Assembly (NCBI GenBank): GCA_964459765.1
Contig: CAYWNY010000003.1
Coordinates: 12,861 to 76,860, forward strand
Direction: 5' to 3'
From: an uncultured Hyphomicrobiales bacterium
Lineage (GTDB): Bacteria; Pseudomonadota; Alphaproteobacteria; Rhizobiales; Xanthobacteraceae
DNA: 64,000 nucleotides
This document shows, one piece after another, positions 55,666 to 64,000 of this stretch (position 1 is the stretch's first letter; the number at the start of each line of letters is the position of its first letter). Under the pieces are notes generated by a model that saw nothing but the letters and a program-made list of their open reading frames with translations, searched no databases and was not told the origin of the DNA. The translations under genes and the position numbers were made by a program.

Positions 55666-56175
55666 ATGCGTATGGAACGGCTGCTGCGTGTGGACCGGCT
55701 GCCGGCGCTAGCGGGCGCGATGTTGCTGGCCTTCGTCATCGCGATGTCCGCGACGCTTGCCCAGGAGGACGCCGCACCGGCAAACAGCGCTGCGACTAAC
55801 GGCGTCACGCCGGTTCCTGGCGCCACGCCGGTTCCTGAAGTTACGGTTCTGGCCTCACACGAAGTGGAAGGTATCCTCGGGCGCGAGGTTCGTAGTGCCG
55901 CCGACGAAAATATGGGGCATGTGGTCGATGTTCTCGTTGATCATGCCGGACAGGTCCGCGCGGCGATCATCGACTTTGGTGGATTCCTTGGCGTCGGCAG
56001 TCGAAAAATCGCAGTCGACTGGACCGCGCTGCACTTTCCTCCGCCCGGCAAGCCCGGGGCGCGGGTCACGCTTGAACTCAATCGCGACCAAGTGAACGCG
56101 GCGCCTGCTTACCAGGAGGGTAAGCCGGTCGTGGTTCTGGGTGCGTTGGGCAAGCTTGAGCCGCTACCAGAATAG
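55666..56175 (+). CDS. PRC-barrel domain protein (exported)
   Basis: A signal-like N-terminus is followed by the PRC-barrel core ILGREVRSAADENMGHVVDVLVDHAGQVRAAIIDFGGFLGVGSRKIAV. Confidence 0.78.
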   Translation: MRMERLLRVDRLPALAGAMLLAFVIAMSATLAQEDAAPANSAATNGVTPVPGATPVPEVTVLASHEVEGILGREVRSAADENMGHVVDVLVDHAGQVRAAIIDFGGFLGVGSRKIAVDWTALHFPPPGKPGARVTLELNRDQVNAAPAYQEGKPVVVLGALGKLEPLPE

Positions 56176-56376
56176 AGCAAAGCGGGGGAGACTGTCCTGT
56201 CAGCGGAACCATGGCGCCGCGCTCGTGAAAGCCCCGATCTTGGTGCCGATCCTGGAGGCGATTTTGGGCCCGACGGCACCACGACGCATGATCCGGCGCC
56301 GGCGCTACAGCCGCCGGACGCCGACGAGCTGCCGTCGGCGCCATCGTCTCGCAGCTTACGCGGCCTCGATTGGTTC

Positions 56377-57543
56377 GTGTTTTTCGTTGCCGACGTGCAA
56401 ACCGGGTTTGGGCCGTTCGTTTCGGTTTATTTGACCACGCAGAAATGGACGCAAGTCGACATCGGCCTTGTTCTATCGGCGGCGGGCCTCGTGTCGCTGT
56501 TGGGGCAGATGCCTGGGGGCGCCTTGGTCGATGCCGCCCGTTCGGAGCGTCTGGTCGCCGGTCTTGCGCTCGGCGCCATCTGCATTAGCGCGCTGGCATA
56601 CGCGACGCTGCCGGTTTTTCCGACGGTGCTTTCTGCCGCGGTCTTGCAGGCACTGGCGAGTTGCGTGCTCGGGCCGGCCATTGCCGCCATCAGTCTTGGC
56701 CTCGTCGGCCATGCCGCCATCGGCGCGCGTCTCGGTCGCAACGCGCGCTTCGCGTCCGTCGGCAGCGGGCTTGCCGCGGCGGCGATGGGCGCGTGCGGTT
56801 ATCTCTTGTCCGCGCGCGCGGTCTTTGTTGTCACCGTTCTTCTGCTCGCGCCCGCACTATTGGTGCTGAGGACGATCGCCGAAAGCGAGATCGATCCTGA
56901 GCGCGCGCATGGCGCGCCGCCGACCCACCGCGCCAAACCACCCACCATGGTCTCGATGCTGCGAGGCAGTCGGCCGCTGCTTATTTTTGGCGGCTGCCTG
57001 TTGCTGTTCCATTTGGCCAACGCGGCGATGCTGCCCTTAATGGGCAGTCTGCTCACGATGCGGTCGAGTCGCTGGGCGACGGTACTGATCGCGGCCTGCA
57101 TCGTCGTACCGCAACTCGTCGTCGCGACGTCTTCGCCGTGGATCGGTGCGCGCGCACAGACTTGGGGCCGGCGGCCATTGCTGCTGATCGGGTTCGCGGC
57201 CTTGCCAATTCGCGGCATTCTGTTCGCGACGGTCGCGAGCCCCTCCCTAATCGTCGCCGTGCAAGTGTTGGACGGCGTAACCGCGGCCGTCTTCGCCGTC
57301 CTGGTGCCGCTTGTTGTCGCCGATCTCACGCGCGGGACCGGCCACTTCAATCTCGGGCAGGGGATCGTCGGCACCTTTGTCGGCGTCGGCGCTTCGCTGA
57401 GCGCCACGCTTGCCGGTTACTGCAGCGATCATTTCGGCGGTCCCGCGGCGTTCGCCGGACTGGCGGCGATCGCGTTTCTCGGCTTGATCGCGGTTTGGCT
57501 TTTTATGCCAGAGACCCGTCCCGAGCTGGCGGCGGATTCATAA
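56377..57543 (+). CDS. MFS transporter
   Basis: It has about 11-12 TM helices and MFS loop motifs. The frame stays open back to 56176 with no ATG, so the true start (or an upstream indel) is unresolved. Confidence 0.75.
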   Translation: MFFVADVQTGFGPFVSVYLTTQKWTQVDIGLVLSAAGLVSLLGQMPGGALVDAARSERLVAGLALGAICISALAYATLPVFPTVLSAAVLQALASCVLGPAIAAISLGLVGHAAIGARLGRNARFASVGSGLAAAAMGACGYLLSARAVFVVTVLLLAPALLVLRTIAESEIDPERAHGAPPTHRAKPPTMVSMLRGSRPLLIFGGCLLLFHLANAAMLPLMGSLLTMRSSRWATVLIAACIVVPQLVVATSSPWIGARAQTWGRRPLLLIGFAALPIRGILFATVASPSLIVAVQVLDGVTAAVFAVLVPLVVADLTRGTGHFNLGQGIVGTFVGVGASLSATLAGYCSDHFGGPAAFAGLAAIAFLGLIAVWLFMPETRPELAADS

Positions 57544-58618
57544 AGCGCGCTGCGGCACTTGCGCTTCCTCGGCCACGAGGCGGAGCTGCGGCGCGGATGC
57601 CCGCAGCAGCCCGCGATAAACCGCAAGATAATCCTGCGCCATGCGTCGCGCGGTAAAGCGCTCCTCGAAACGCCTGCGGATATTGTCACGCGAAAGCTGG
57701 CTAAGGCGATCGACGGCGCCGATGGCCCCGGTTTCGTCTTCGACGACGAAACCGGTCAGGCCGTCTTCGATAATTTCGGACGCGGACCCGCGGTTAAACG
57801 CAATGACCGGCGTACCGCAGGCCATGGCTTCGATCATCACCAAGCCGAATGGTTCGGGCCAATTGATGGGAACCAGGAGCGCGACCGCGCCGCTCAGGAA
57901 CGCGGACTTCTCGCGGTCGTTGATCTCGCCGATATACTCGACGCGTACCGATTGGATCATCGGCCGGATTTGCTCTTCGTAATACGTCTGATCGACGGGG
58001 TCGATCTTCGCGGCAACCTTGAGCGGCACGCCGCAGTGCTCGGCAATGCGGATCGCGCGGTCGAGGCCCTTCTCCGGTGCGACGCGGCCCAAAAAGGCGA
58101 AATAGGAAGGCTTGATCGGTCTGGGCTCCAGCAGGTCCGCCGGCAGGCCATGGTGAACGGTGCGCACCCAATTGGCCTGTGGCAGCGGCCGCCGCTGCGA
58201 ATTCGAGATCGAGACCACCGGAAGCGACGAAAACACTTCGAACACCGGTTGGTGCTCGGGCAGATCAAGCCGGCCGTGCAGGGTGGTGATGAACGGCGTC
58301 GCCTGCCGCGAGAACAGCGAGAAAGGATAATAATCGAGGTGAAAGTGCAGAAAATCGAAATCGCCGGCGCGGCGATATACCTGCTCCAACATCATCATGA
58401 AGCGCATTAGGGTCGCGGACCGCGCCGTCGAGGCGAAGCGCCCGCGGCCAAACCTTAGCCAGTCGAGCCGACGTCCGCGAGTCGCCACTCGCGAAGAGGG
58501 TCACGTCGTGACCGAGCGCGATGAGTTCCTCGGTCAGCCAAGATACCACTCTCTCCGTGCCGCCATAGAGCTTCGGGGGAATGGCCTCGGTAAGCGGGGC
58601 GACCTGCGCAATGTGCAT
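57538..58618 (-). pseudogene. GT4-family glycosyltransferase, one frameshift
   Basis: The N-terminal part MHIAQVAPLTEAIPPKLYGGTERVVSWLTEEL...VRDPNAL is in ORF 58265..58618. The remainder MMMLEQVYRR...FHLDYYPFSLF...EPFGLVMIEAMACGTPV is in ORF 57538..58488. The length is 3n+1, and removing one T near 58400 (CTT to CT) restores the frame. Confidence 0.8.
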
Positions 58619-58837
58619 TGCGGATTTTCCTTTCGGCTTTTGGGGCTGACGTCGTCAACGTGAACCCACCCCGGTCAGAGGGAACAACGCAAAACTGCGA
58701 AAATATTTTCATTGCGGGGCGGAACTTATTTTTCCGTGACGCTGGGAACTTTCCGCACTTTGCGGCGTCGACACTGACTGGTTGAGCAAACTGAGCGTCG
58801 GGCTTGCCGGGAACCAGCCCGCGCGAGGGACGAATTA

Positions 58838-60616
58838 TTGATGGCAGCAGGTGCCGCGCCTATGGCCGATCTTTGTGGTTATGCCAGCCGTCCCCTCGCA
58901 TTTGTCTTCCATTACGTTCGGCTGCGGCCGATGTCTCATGCAATCATTCTTGCGGCGGTGCTGTCCGCCGTGGCCTGCTCGGTCGGCACGCAGTATGGCG
59001 TGAAGTTTTTGGTCGACATCCTGTCGAACCATAACAACACCGACGTGTGGATTGCCTTTTGCCTTCTTGGAGCGCTGGTAGCCGCCGACAATTTGCTCTG
59101 GCGGGTAGCGAGTTGGATCGCCAATTTCGCTTTCGTCGGCGTGACGGGTGACTTGCGGCGCGATTTGTTCCGTCACCTCACCGGTCATTCGCCCAGCTAT
59201 TTCGCCGACCGCCTGCCGGGAACCCTGGTCGCCCGCGTAACGGCAACGTCGAATGCGATCTTCACCGCTGAAAACATGTTCATCTGGAATGTGTTGCCGC
59301 CGTGCGCGGCGACGGTCGCCGCCATCGCGCTTGTCGGCACGATAAGCCTTCCGATCGCCGCCAGCCTAGGCGTTGTTGCCGGCATCATGGTGTGCATGAT
59401 GTTTCGCTTGGCCGCGCGCGGGCGTCCGCTGCACCACGATTTCGCCGACAAGGCCGCCGCGGTCGATGGAGAAATGGCCGACGTAGTCGGCAATATGCCG
59501 CTGGTCCGCGCTTTCAGCGGACTCCTGCGCGAACACCGCCGCTTCGATGCGACAGTCGAACGTGAAATGGAGGCTCGGCGCCGCAGCCTCTATTATCTGG
59601 AGAGACTGCGCATCCTCCATGCGTTCGTGACTATCGCGCTGACGCTGGCGCTCTTGGCCTGGGCAATCGTGCTGTGGCAACAGGGCAACGTCACGACCGG
59701 CGATGTCGTACTGGTCTGCACGCTCGGCATGTCGGTCCTGCATGCTACGCGTGACTTGGCGGTTGCGCTCGTCGACATCATTCAGCACATCGCTCGCCTG
59801 TCGGAGGCGCTACTGACCTTACTGGTGCCACACGAATTGCGCGACCACCCTGAGGCAACGGCGCTGGTTCGCCGCGGCGCCAGCGTGAGGTTCGAGCACG
59901 TTCATTTTCGCTACGACGGTCGCCCCATCTTCCAGGATCTCAATCTCAGTTTGATGCCGGGCGAGCGGGTCGGGCTGGTAGGGCCGTCGGGCGGTGGCAA
60001 ATCGACGTTGTTGACCCTATTGCAGCGCTTCTATGACGTTCAGCGGGGGCGGATTCTGATCGACCACCAGGACATCGCCCGGGTCACGCAGCAAAGCCTA
60101 CGCGAATATATTGGCGTGGTGCCGCAAGATATCTCGCTATTTCACCGCTCCGTCGCAGAGAATATCCGTTACGGCAGGCCAACTGCCTCGGACGACGAAG
60201 TTCTCGAAGCTGCAATCGCGGCGCGGTGCGATTTTATCGAAGACTTTCCGGCGGGCATCCGCACGATCGTCGGGGATCGCGGCGTGAAATTGTCGGGGGG
60301 ACAGCGCCAGCGTATCGCCATTGCCCGCGCCTTCCTCAAGAACGCGCCGCTTTTGCTGCTCGACGAAGCAACGTCCGCGCTGGACGGCGAGTCCGAAGAA
60401 GCGATCCGCGAAGCCTTGGGCCGGCTGATGAACGGGCGCACGGTGATCGCCATCGCCCATCGCCTGTCCACGGTGCGAAGTTTCGACCGGATCGTCGTGC
60501 TCCAACTGGGCCAAGTGATCCAGGACGGTCCACCCGATCTGCTGATGGGCAGGGAGGGATTCTACCAAAGGCTTGTGCAGCGCGAGATGCACCGCCTGAC
60601 CAGTCAAGCGGCCTAG
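58838..60616 (+). CDS. ABC exporter, fused permease + ATPase (MsbA/NdvA-like half transporter)
   Basis: 592 aa with six N-terminal TM helices, Walker A GPSGGGKST, the signature LSGGQRQR and Walker B LLLLDEATS. Confidence 0.9.
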   Translation: MMAAGAAPMADLCGYASRPLAFVFHYVRLRPMSHAIILAAVLSAVACSVGTQYGVKFLVDILSNHNNTDVWIAFCLLGALVAADNLLWRVASWIANFAFVGVTGDLRRDLFRHLTGHSPSYFADRLPGTLVARVTATSNAIFTAENMFIWNVLPPCAATVAAIALVGTISLPIAASLGVVAGIMVCMMFRLAARGRPLHHDFADKAAAVDGEMADVVGNMPLVRAFSGLLREHRRFDATVEREMEARRRSLYYLERLRILHAFVTIALTLALLAWAIVLWQQGNVTTGDVVLVCTLGMSVLHATRDLAVALVDIIQHIARLSEALLTLLVPHELRDHPEATALVRRGASVRFEHVHFRYDGRPIFQDLNLSLMPGERVGLVGPSGGGKSTLLTLLQRFYDVQRGRILIDHQDIARVTQQSLREYIGVVPQDISLFHRSVAENIRYGRPTASDDEVLEAAIAARCDFIEDFPAGIRTIVGDRGVKLSGGQRQRIAIARAFLKNAPLLLLDEATSALDGESEEAIREALGRLMNGRTVIAIAHRLSTVRSFDRIVVLQLGQVIQDGPPDLLMGREGFYQRLVQREMHRLTSQAA

Positions 60617-60637
60617 CGGCCCCAAAGCTAATTTTAG

Positions 60638-60662
60638 GGAACGAACGGCCGCGGCCCGCGTT
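60638..60662 (+). promoter_or_regulatory. EcfG-type general-stress promoter GGAAC-N16-CGTT
   Basis: GGAAC (60638-60642), then GAACGGCCGCGGCCCG, then CGTT (60659-60662). It lies 22 nt after the ABC exporter stop, and no plus-strand gene follows. Confidence 0.65.
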
Positions 60663-60668
60663 GCCATT

Positions 60669-60747
60669 ACGGACGGGGTCCTTCCCGCCTCAGCCCCCCA
60701 ATCCCCGTCCAGGAGCCCCGCGCGCACTCGCCGGGGCTCTTCGTTTT
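60669..60747 (+). ncRNA. Candidate EcfG-dependent small RNA with C-rich loop (GsrN-like), copy 2
   Basis: Stem GGACGGGG (60671-60678) pairs with CCCCGTCC (60703-60710) around the 24-nt loop TCCTTCCCGCCTCAGCCCCCCAAT. A terminator follows: GAGCCCCG (60713-60720) pairs with CGGGGCTC (60732-60739), then TTCGTTTT. The architecture and the loop core CCTC(A)GCCCCCC match the unit at 42250-42333. Confidence 0.5.
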
Positions 60748-60801
60748 GGGGAACCCTCATTGTCTTGCGGGCGCCACCACTGCCTTCGCTGACTGCCGCG
60801 A

Positions 60802-62115
60802 TCAGGCCACGCTTGGCTGCGCGGGTCTGCGCCGCGGCCCCATGAAGCCAAACAAAAATCCAGCAACCTTACGCATCTGGATCTCCTCCGAGCCCTCGGT
60901 GATCCGATAGCGCCGGTGATGGCGGTAGATGTGTTCGAACGGCTTATGGCGGGAGTAGCCGACGCCACCGTGCACCTGCATGGCGCGATCGGCAGCCTCG
61001 CAGCAGAATCTATTCGCCCAGTAATTGCACATCGACACCTTGTCCGAGAGCTGCTGCTCGATCTCGCTTGGCGTCATTTGACCCATTTCCCAAGCGGTTT
61101 TGCGGATCAGAAGCCGCAGCATCTCGGCTTGGGTAGCGAGTTCGACCAACGGCCATTGGATGGCCTGGTTCTCGGCGAGCGACCGTCCGAACGGTTTGCG
61201 CTGCCGCGCGTATTCCACGCTCGCATTGATGCAATAGACCGCCGCACCGAGCGAGCTCGCCGCCTGGCGAATGCGGTTCTGGTGCACGAAGCATTGCGCC
61301 AATGCGAGGCCATCGCCGACCTTGCCGAATAGCGCATCCTCGGCAACGAATACATCCGTGAAGCTCACCAGGGGATGATCCGTCGGCATGTTAAAGGTCC
61401 ACAAATACTCTTCGACTTTCACGCCTTCGGCGTTGGCCGGCAGCAGGAAGCAGGTGATACCACCGCCGTCGCCGTCCTGTCCCGAAGTCCGGGCAAACAG
61501 CGCACAATGGGTGGCGACGTGCATGCCGGTGGTCCACATCTTCTCGCCGCCGATCAGCCAGCCCGCGACGCCGTTGCGTGTCCCGCGGACGGCTCGCGTC
61601 TCCATGTGCGTGGCATCCGAGCCATGATTGGGTTCCGTCAGGCCGAAGGCGATGCGGTATTCTCCGGTGATGCTGCCCTCAATCATGGCCTGCTGCTCGG
61701 GCCTGCCGTAAAGATCAAGCATGGTCACAAACGGCAGATTGCCGACAATGGAATGCTCGTTCTGCAGATCGTTGTGGAGGCCAAGACCCTTCGCCGCAAA
61801 GTGTTCGCGTATCACCGCCATCCACAAATCTGAACCGTCGCGGCCGCCGTACTTCTTCGGCAAGGCGAAGCGGTAATGGCCGGCGCGGTCGGCAAGCTCC
61901 CTGGCGCGTCCCAGCAAAGCTTCCCAATCCGGGCGCGGCAACCCCCCGCGTTCGAAATCAGTCCGTGCCCACTCGCGCCGATGATCGAAGAAACGGATGT
62001 TGTCGTCCGCGTTTTCGAGCGGGCGGATCTCCGCCTCGATGAAATCATCCAGGCGATCGAGATAGTCGATTAGACCGCTCGGCAGATTGAAATTCATGTC
62101 GAGGTTCGTTGCCAA
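60802..62115 (-). CDS. Acyl-CoA dehydrogenase family protein
   Basis: 437 aa with ACAD blocks (AFGLTEPNHGSDA, the middle beta-domain, and a C-terminal helical domain with YRITEGSEEI). Confidence 0.9.
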   Translation of the reverse strand: MATNLDMNFNLPSGLIDYLDRLDDFIEAEIRPLENADDNIRFFDHRREWARTDFERGGLPRPDWEALLGRARELADRAGHYRFALPKKYGGRDGSDLWMAVIREHFAAKGLGLHNDLQNEHSIVGNLPFVTMLDLYGRPEQQAMIEGSITGEYRIAFGLTEPNHGSDATHMETRAVRGTRNGVAGWLIGGEKMWTTGMHVATHCALFARTSGQDGDGGGITCFLLPANAEGVKVEEYLWTFNMPTDHPLVSFTDVFVAEDALFGKVGDGLALAQCFVHQNRIRQAASSLGAAVYCINASVEYARQRKPFGRSLAENQAIQWPLVELATQAEMLRLLIRKTAWEMGQMTPSEIEQQLSDKVSMCNYWANRFCCEAADRAMQVHGGVGYSRHKPFEHIYRHHRRYRITEGSEEIQMRKVAGFLFGFMGPRRRPAQPSVA

Positions 62116-62117
62116 GG

Positions 62118-62528
62118 CTATTCCTCCGCTGCATCTTTTTTTCTCTCATCCTCGGATCCGCTCCGCGCGACCGCCGCGACGTAAGCGGAATAGCTGGGCT
62201 GATCGATGGCAAGCCGATCCAGCGTGGTCGCGCGCAGGTGCTCGCGCAACTCCGCTCGATCGAGCGTGATTTTTCCGGAGGCGATTTGCTCGCAAAGCTC
62301 CTGTCGCATCGCCTCAAGCTCGTCATTCCTGCCGAGGAGCTTTGCCAGGCGGCTGTGCTCTCGCTCCTCGGCGGCGGCTTGCAGCTCGACCTCCCGACGC
62401 ACCAGATCAAGGACGTTGATGCTGACACGCAGATTAAAGGCGTGACTGCCGCTCAAAGACGGCAGCAGGTCGTCGCGGAGAAATTTCGCCACTGACGCCA
62501 GCAACTCGGTCGCCGGGGGATGCTTCAT
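62118..62528 (-). CDS. DUF6285-like small protein (partner of phosphotransferase/ACAD pairs)
   Basis: 136 aa, with the sequence PATELLASVAKFLRDDLLPSL...FNLRVSINVLDLVRRE. It overlaps the phosphotransferase stop by 4 nt and abuts the ACAD start. The family name is given from memory. Confidence 0.65.
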   Translation of the reverse strand: MKHPPATELLASVAKFLRDDLLPSLSGSHAFNLRVSINVLDLVRREVELQAAAEEREHSRLAKLLGRNDELEAMRQELCEQIASGKITLDRAELREHLRATTLDRLAIDQPSYSAYVAAVARSGSEDERKKDAAEE

Positions 62529-63586
62529 CGCACGCTCCCCGGGGCGAGAATGTCTAAAAGATCGAGTTCGGTTTCAGAGATGCGCCGCCCGATCATCGCC
62601 CCCTCCACCGTGATGCGCCCGCCGGCCTGTCCCGGACACGCCATCGAGCGGCACATCAGCCCCCAGCGGAGCGAACCCAAAGTGCGCCAATAGAGTACCC
62701 TGCTAACGTCGATGTCCTCGCCACCCTCGGAACGATAGCCCTCGAGCATCTGCTCGACGCTCCCGAAGCCGCCGACCGGCTCATCGATCATGCCAAAGCG
62801 CCAGCTGTTGACCGTTATCCAGCCTAGATCTTCGGCAGGGTCGCCAAGATGCGCGAGTTCCCAGTCGAGCACTGCCCGCACTCCCTCGGGGCCGACAATC
62901 AGGTTCCCGTTGCGAAAATCCCCGTGCACCAGCCGCGGCACACGCGCTTCGCCCGGCGCGCGATCGCGCAACCATCGGAACGCCGCCTCGAATACCGGGC
63001 TGCCGCCGCCAAAAGATCGATAACTGCGGTAAAGCCCGTCAAGATCGCCGAGCGCAAACTGCGCTTTCAGTTGCGGGAGGGTCGCCAGCGGAATCGCGTG
63101 GATACGAGCGAGAATCGCGCCGCATTGAAAGCTCAGCTTCGATCGTATCTCGGCGAATTCCGGATTACGCAGAATGCGCCGCGCAAGCGTTTCGCCTTCA
63201 ATTCTCGCCGACAAGAATCCCGCACCGAGGCCGTCCCACGGTTCGAGGATGTGACAGACGCGCGGTGTCGGCACACCGCATTCGCCGGCGCGGCGAATAA
63301 GACGAGCCTCACAGTCGGGTTCGATGGTGCGCTCGCTCGGCAAAGCATCGGCAGAGAGGCGGCGCATAATCAAGGGCGCCGCACCCGCGCTGCCGACCGC
63401 TTCCAACGCCCAGGTTTCTTTGCTGGCGCCTCCGGTCAGGCGCTGGAGCGATCCCCGCTTGAGGTTGCCAAAGCCGAGACGAACGAGAAGGGCATCGAGT
63501 TTGTCGGCAAGGCAAGCGTCATCATCCAGGTGTGATTGCGACTGCCCCACGGGCCACCCTCTCAGGCCGACGACCTCATATACCAC
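62525..63586 (-). CDS. Phosphotransferase (APH/choline-kinase-like) family protein
   Basis: It has a kinase-fold Brenner motif (LVHGDFRNGNLIV), a downstream D-W-E motif (VLDWELAHLGDPAEDL) and an N-terminal RLTGGASKETW. The start codon is uncertain. Confidence 0.85.
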   Translation of the reverse strand: MVYEVVGLRGWPVGQSQSHLDDDACLADKLDALLVRLGFGNLKRGSLQRLTGGASKETWALEAVGSAGAAPLIMRRLSADALPSERTIEPDCEARLIRRAGECGVPTPRVCHILEPWDGLGAGFLSARIEGETLARRILRNPEFAEIRSKLSFQCGAILARIHAIPLATLPQLKAQFALGDLDGLYRSYRSFGGGSPVFEAAFRWLRDRAPGEARVPRLVHGDFRNGNLIVGPEGVRAVLDWELAHLGDPAEDLGWITVNSWRFGMIDEPVGGFGSVEQMLEGYRSEGGEDIDVSRVLYWRTLGSLRWGLMCRSMACPGQAGGRITVEGAMIGRRISETELDLLDILAPGSVR

Positions 63587-63633
63587 ATGGCGACGGGGTT
63601 AAGTCGTGCGTCACAGCAAACGCAGCCGCACGA

Positions 63634-63649
63634 TGATCCATATGGATCA
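63634..63649. promoter_or_regulatory. Perfect 16-bp palindrome TGATCCATATGGATCA (candidate operator)
   Basis: It lies about 50-60 nt upstream of the phosphotransferase-DUF6285-ACAD operon start (63586, minus strand). The half-site spacing does not fit a FixK box. Confidence 0.3.
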
Positions 63650-63692
63650 AAAAGCGATCCCGCGCAGCCACGCCGATGCCTGCTTTGTCGTC

Positions 63693-63911
63693 GATTGTGT
63701 TGCAAAACTCGAAAGTTGAAGGGCTACGAATTTTTCGCAAAAATAAGAAACCGAACGCAATCGCTGATTCGTATAGTCTCTGTCGCGCTACCGAACTCGC
63801 CTATGAGTTTAACGTGAGGCGGTGAGGTCCCTCATATCTTTACACGAAGGTCGCGCCAGCAGCCCGCAGAATTTTTGAGCACCAATGAAAAACGAGTTTT
63901 GCAACACAATC
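63693..63911. repeat. Perfect 19-bp inverted repeats flanking a 181-bp lower-GC spacer (MITE-like or long-range stem)
   Basis: GATTGTGTTGCAAAACTCG (63693-63711) is matched by its exact reverse complement CGAGTTTTGCAACACAATC (63893-63911). The spacer is AT-richer than its surroundings and has no convincing ORF. Confidence 0.6.
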
Positions 63912-64000
63912 TCGTCAAAAGCGGACGAAACGGATCCGGAAGCGGCCGATTAATACTGACGGACGCAGAGCGCCAGCCCTTCTCCCGAACCGCCGACGCA

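Noticed and set aside
58745-58769. GGAAC-N16-CGTC upstream of the ABC exporter.
   Set aside because: It has one mismatch in the short -10 element and no other support. I kept it only as a note, although the similar site at 52335 was listed at low confidence because of its back-to-back context.
1-64000. A search for tRNA, rRNA, CRISPR arrays, transposases, integrases, phage or defence-system genes.
   Set aside because: None was recognised. No ORF has transposase, integrase, nuclease or defence signatures. No regularly spaced direct repeats are present. No cloverleaf-like GC-rich 75-nt units were noticed in intergenic regions. This was a by-eye survey, so small RNAs could have been missed.

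Overview
This is a high-GC alphaproteobacterial chromosomal segment, with Hyphomicrobiales-like gene content. It holds about 70 protein genes. I recognised no rRNA, tRNA, CRISPR, IS or phage genes.

Gene order:
- kdpA'(partial)BCDE potassium-uptake operon, then a GST.
- A membrane-lipid cluster: Psd-like decarboxylase, membrane-anchored class-III aminotransferase, Mpo1/DUF962-like protein, PmtA-like methyltransferase, GT4 glycosyltransferase and an MprF-type flippase-like protein.
- A TolC-family protein.
- The oxygen-sensing module fixL-fixJ plus a FixT-like receiver and fixK.
- cysH-cysD-cysN.
- A hypoxia island carrying FixK boxes: Pat-like acetyltransferase, two Zn alcohol dehydrogenases, a host-attachment (eRF1-like) protein, an HPF-cold-shock fusion, c-type cytochromes and several gene remnants.
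- An acyl-CoA ligase and an IlvD/Edd dehydratase.
- A large general stress response (GSR) neighbourhood at about 35.8-52.4 kb: phyR, nepR, an HWE kinase, a PFxFATG receiver, CsbD, tiny membrane proteins, otsB-GH15-otsA and an ASRT-like protein.
- A disrupted glycogen-debranching-like gene, a PRC-barrel protein, an MFS transporter, GT4, an ABC exporter, and a phosphotransferase-DUF6285-acyl-CoA dehydrogenase operon.

Main hunting results:
1. Two paralogous promoter-to-terminator units are predicted to encode EcfG-dependent, C-rich-loop (GsrN-like) small RNAs.
2. Ten exact EcfG-type promoters (GGAAC-N16/17-CGTT) define a local GSR regulon, although ecfG itself is absent next to nepR.
3. Three perfect and several near-perfect FixK boxes define a hypoxia regulon.
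4. The lipid head-group cluster is uncharacterised.
5. Eight frameshifts in six genes are each repairable by a +/-1 change in a short homopolymer. This points to sequencing error rather than true pseudogenes.

Coordinates of hand-located motifs may be off by 1-2 nt.
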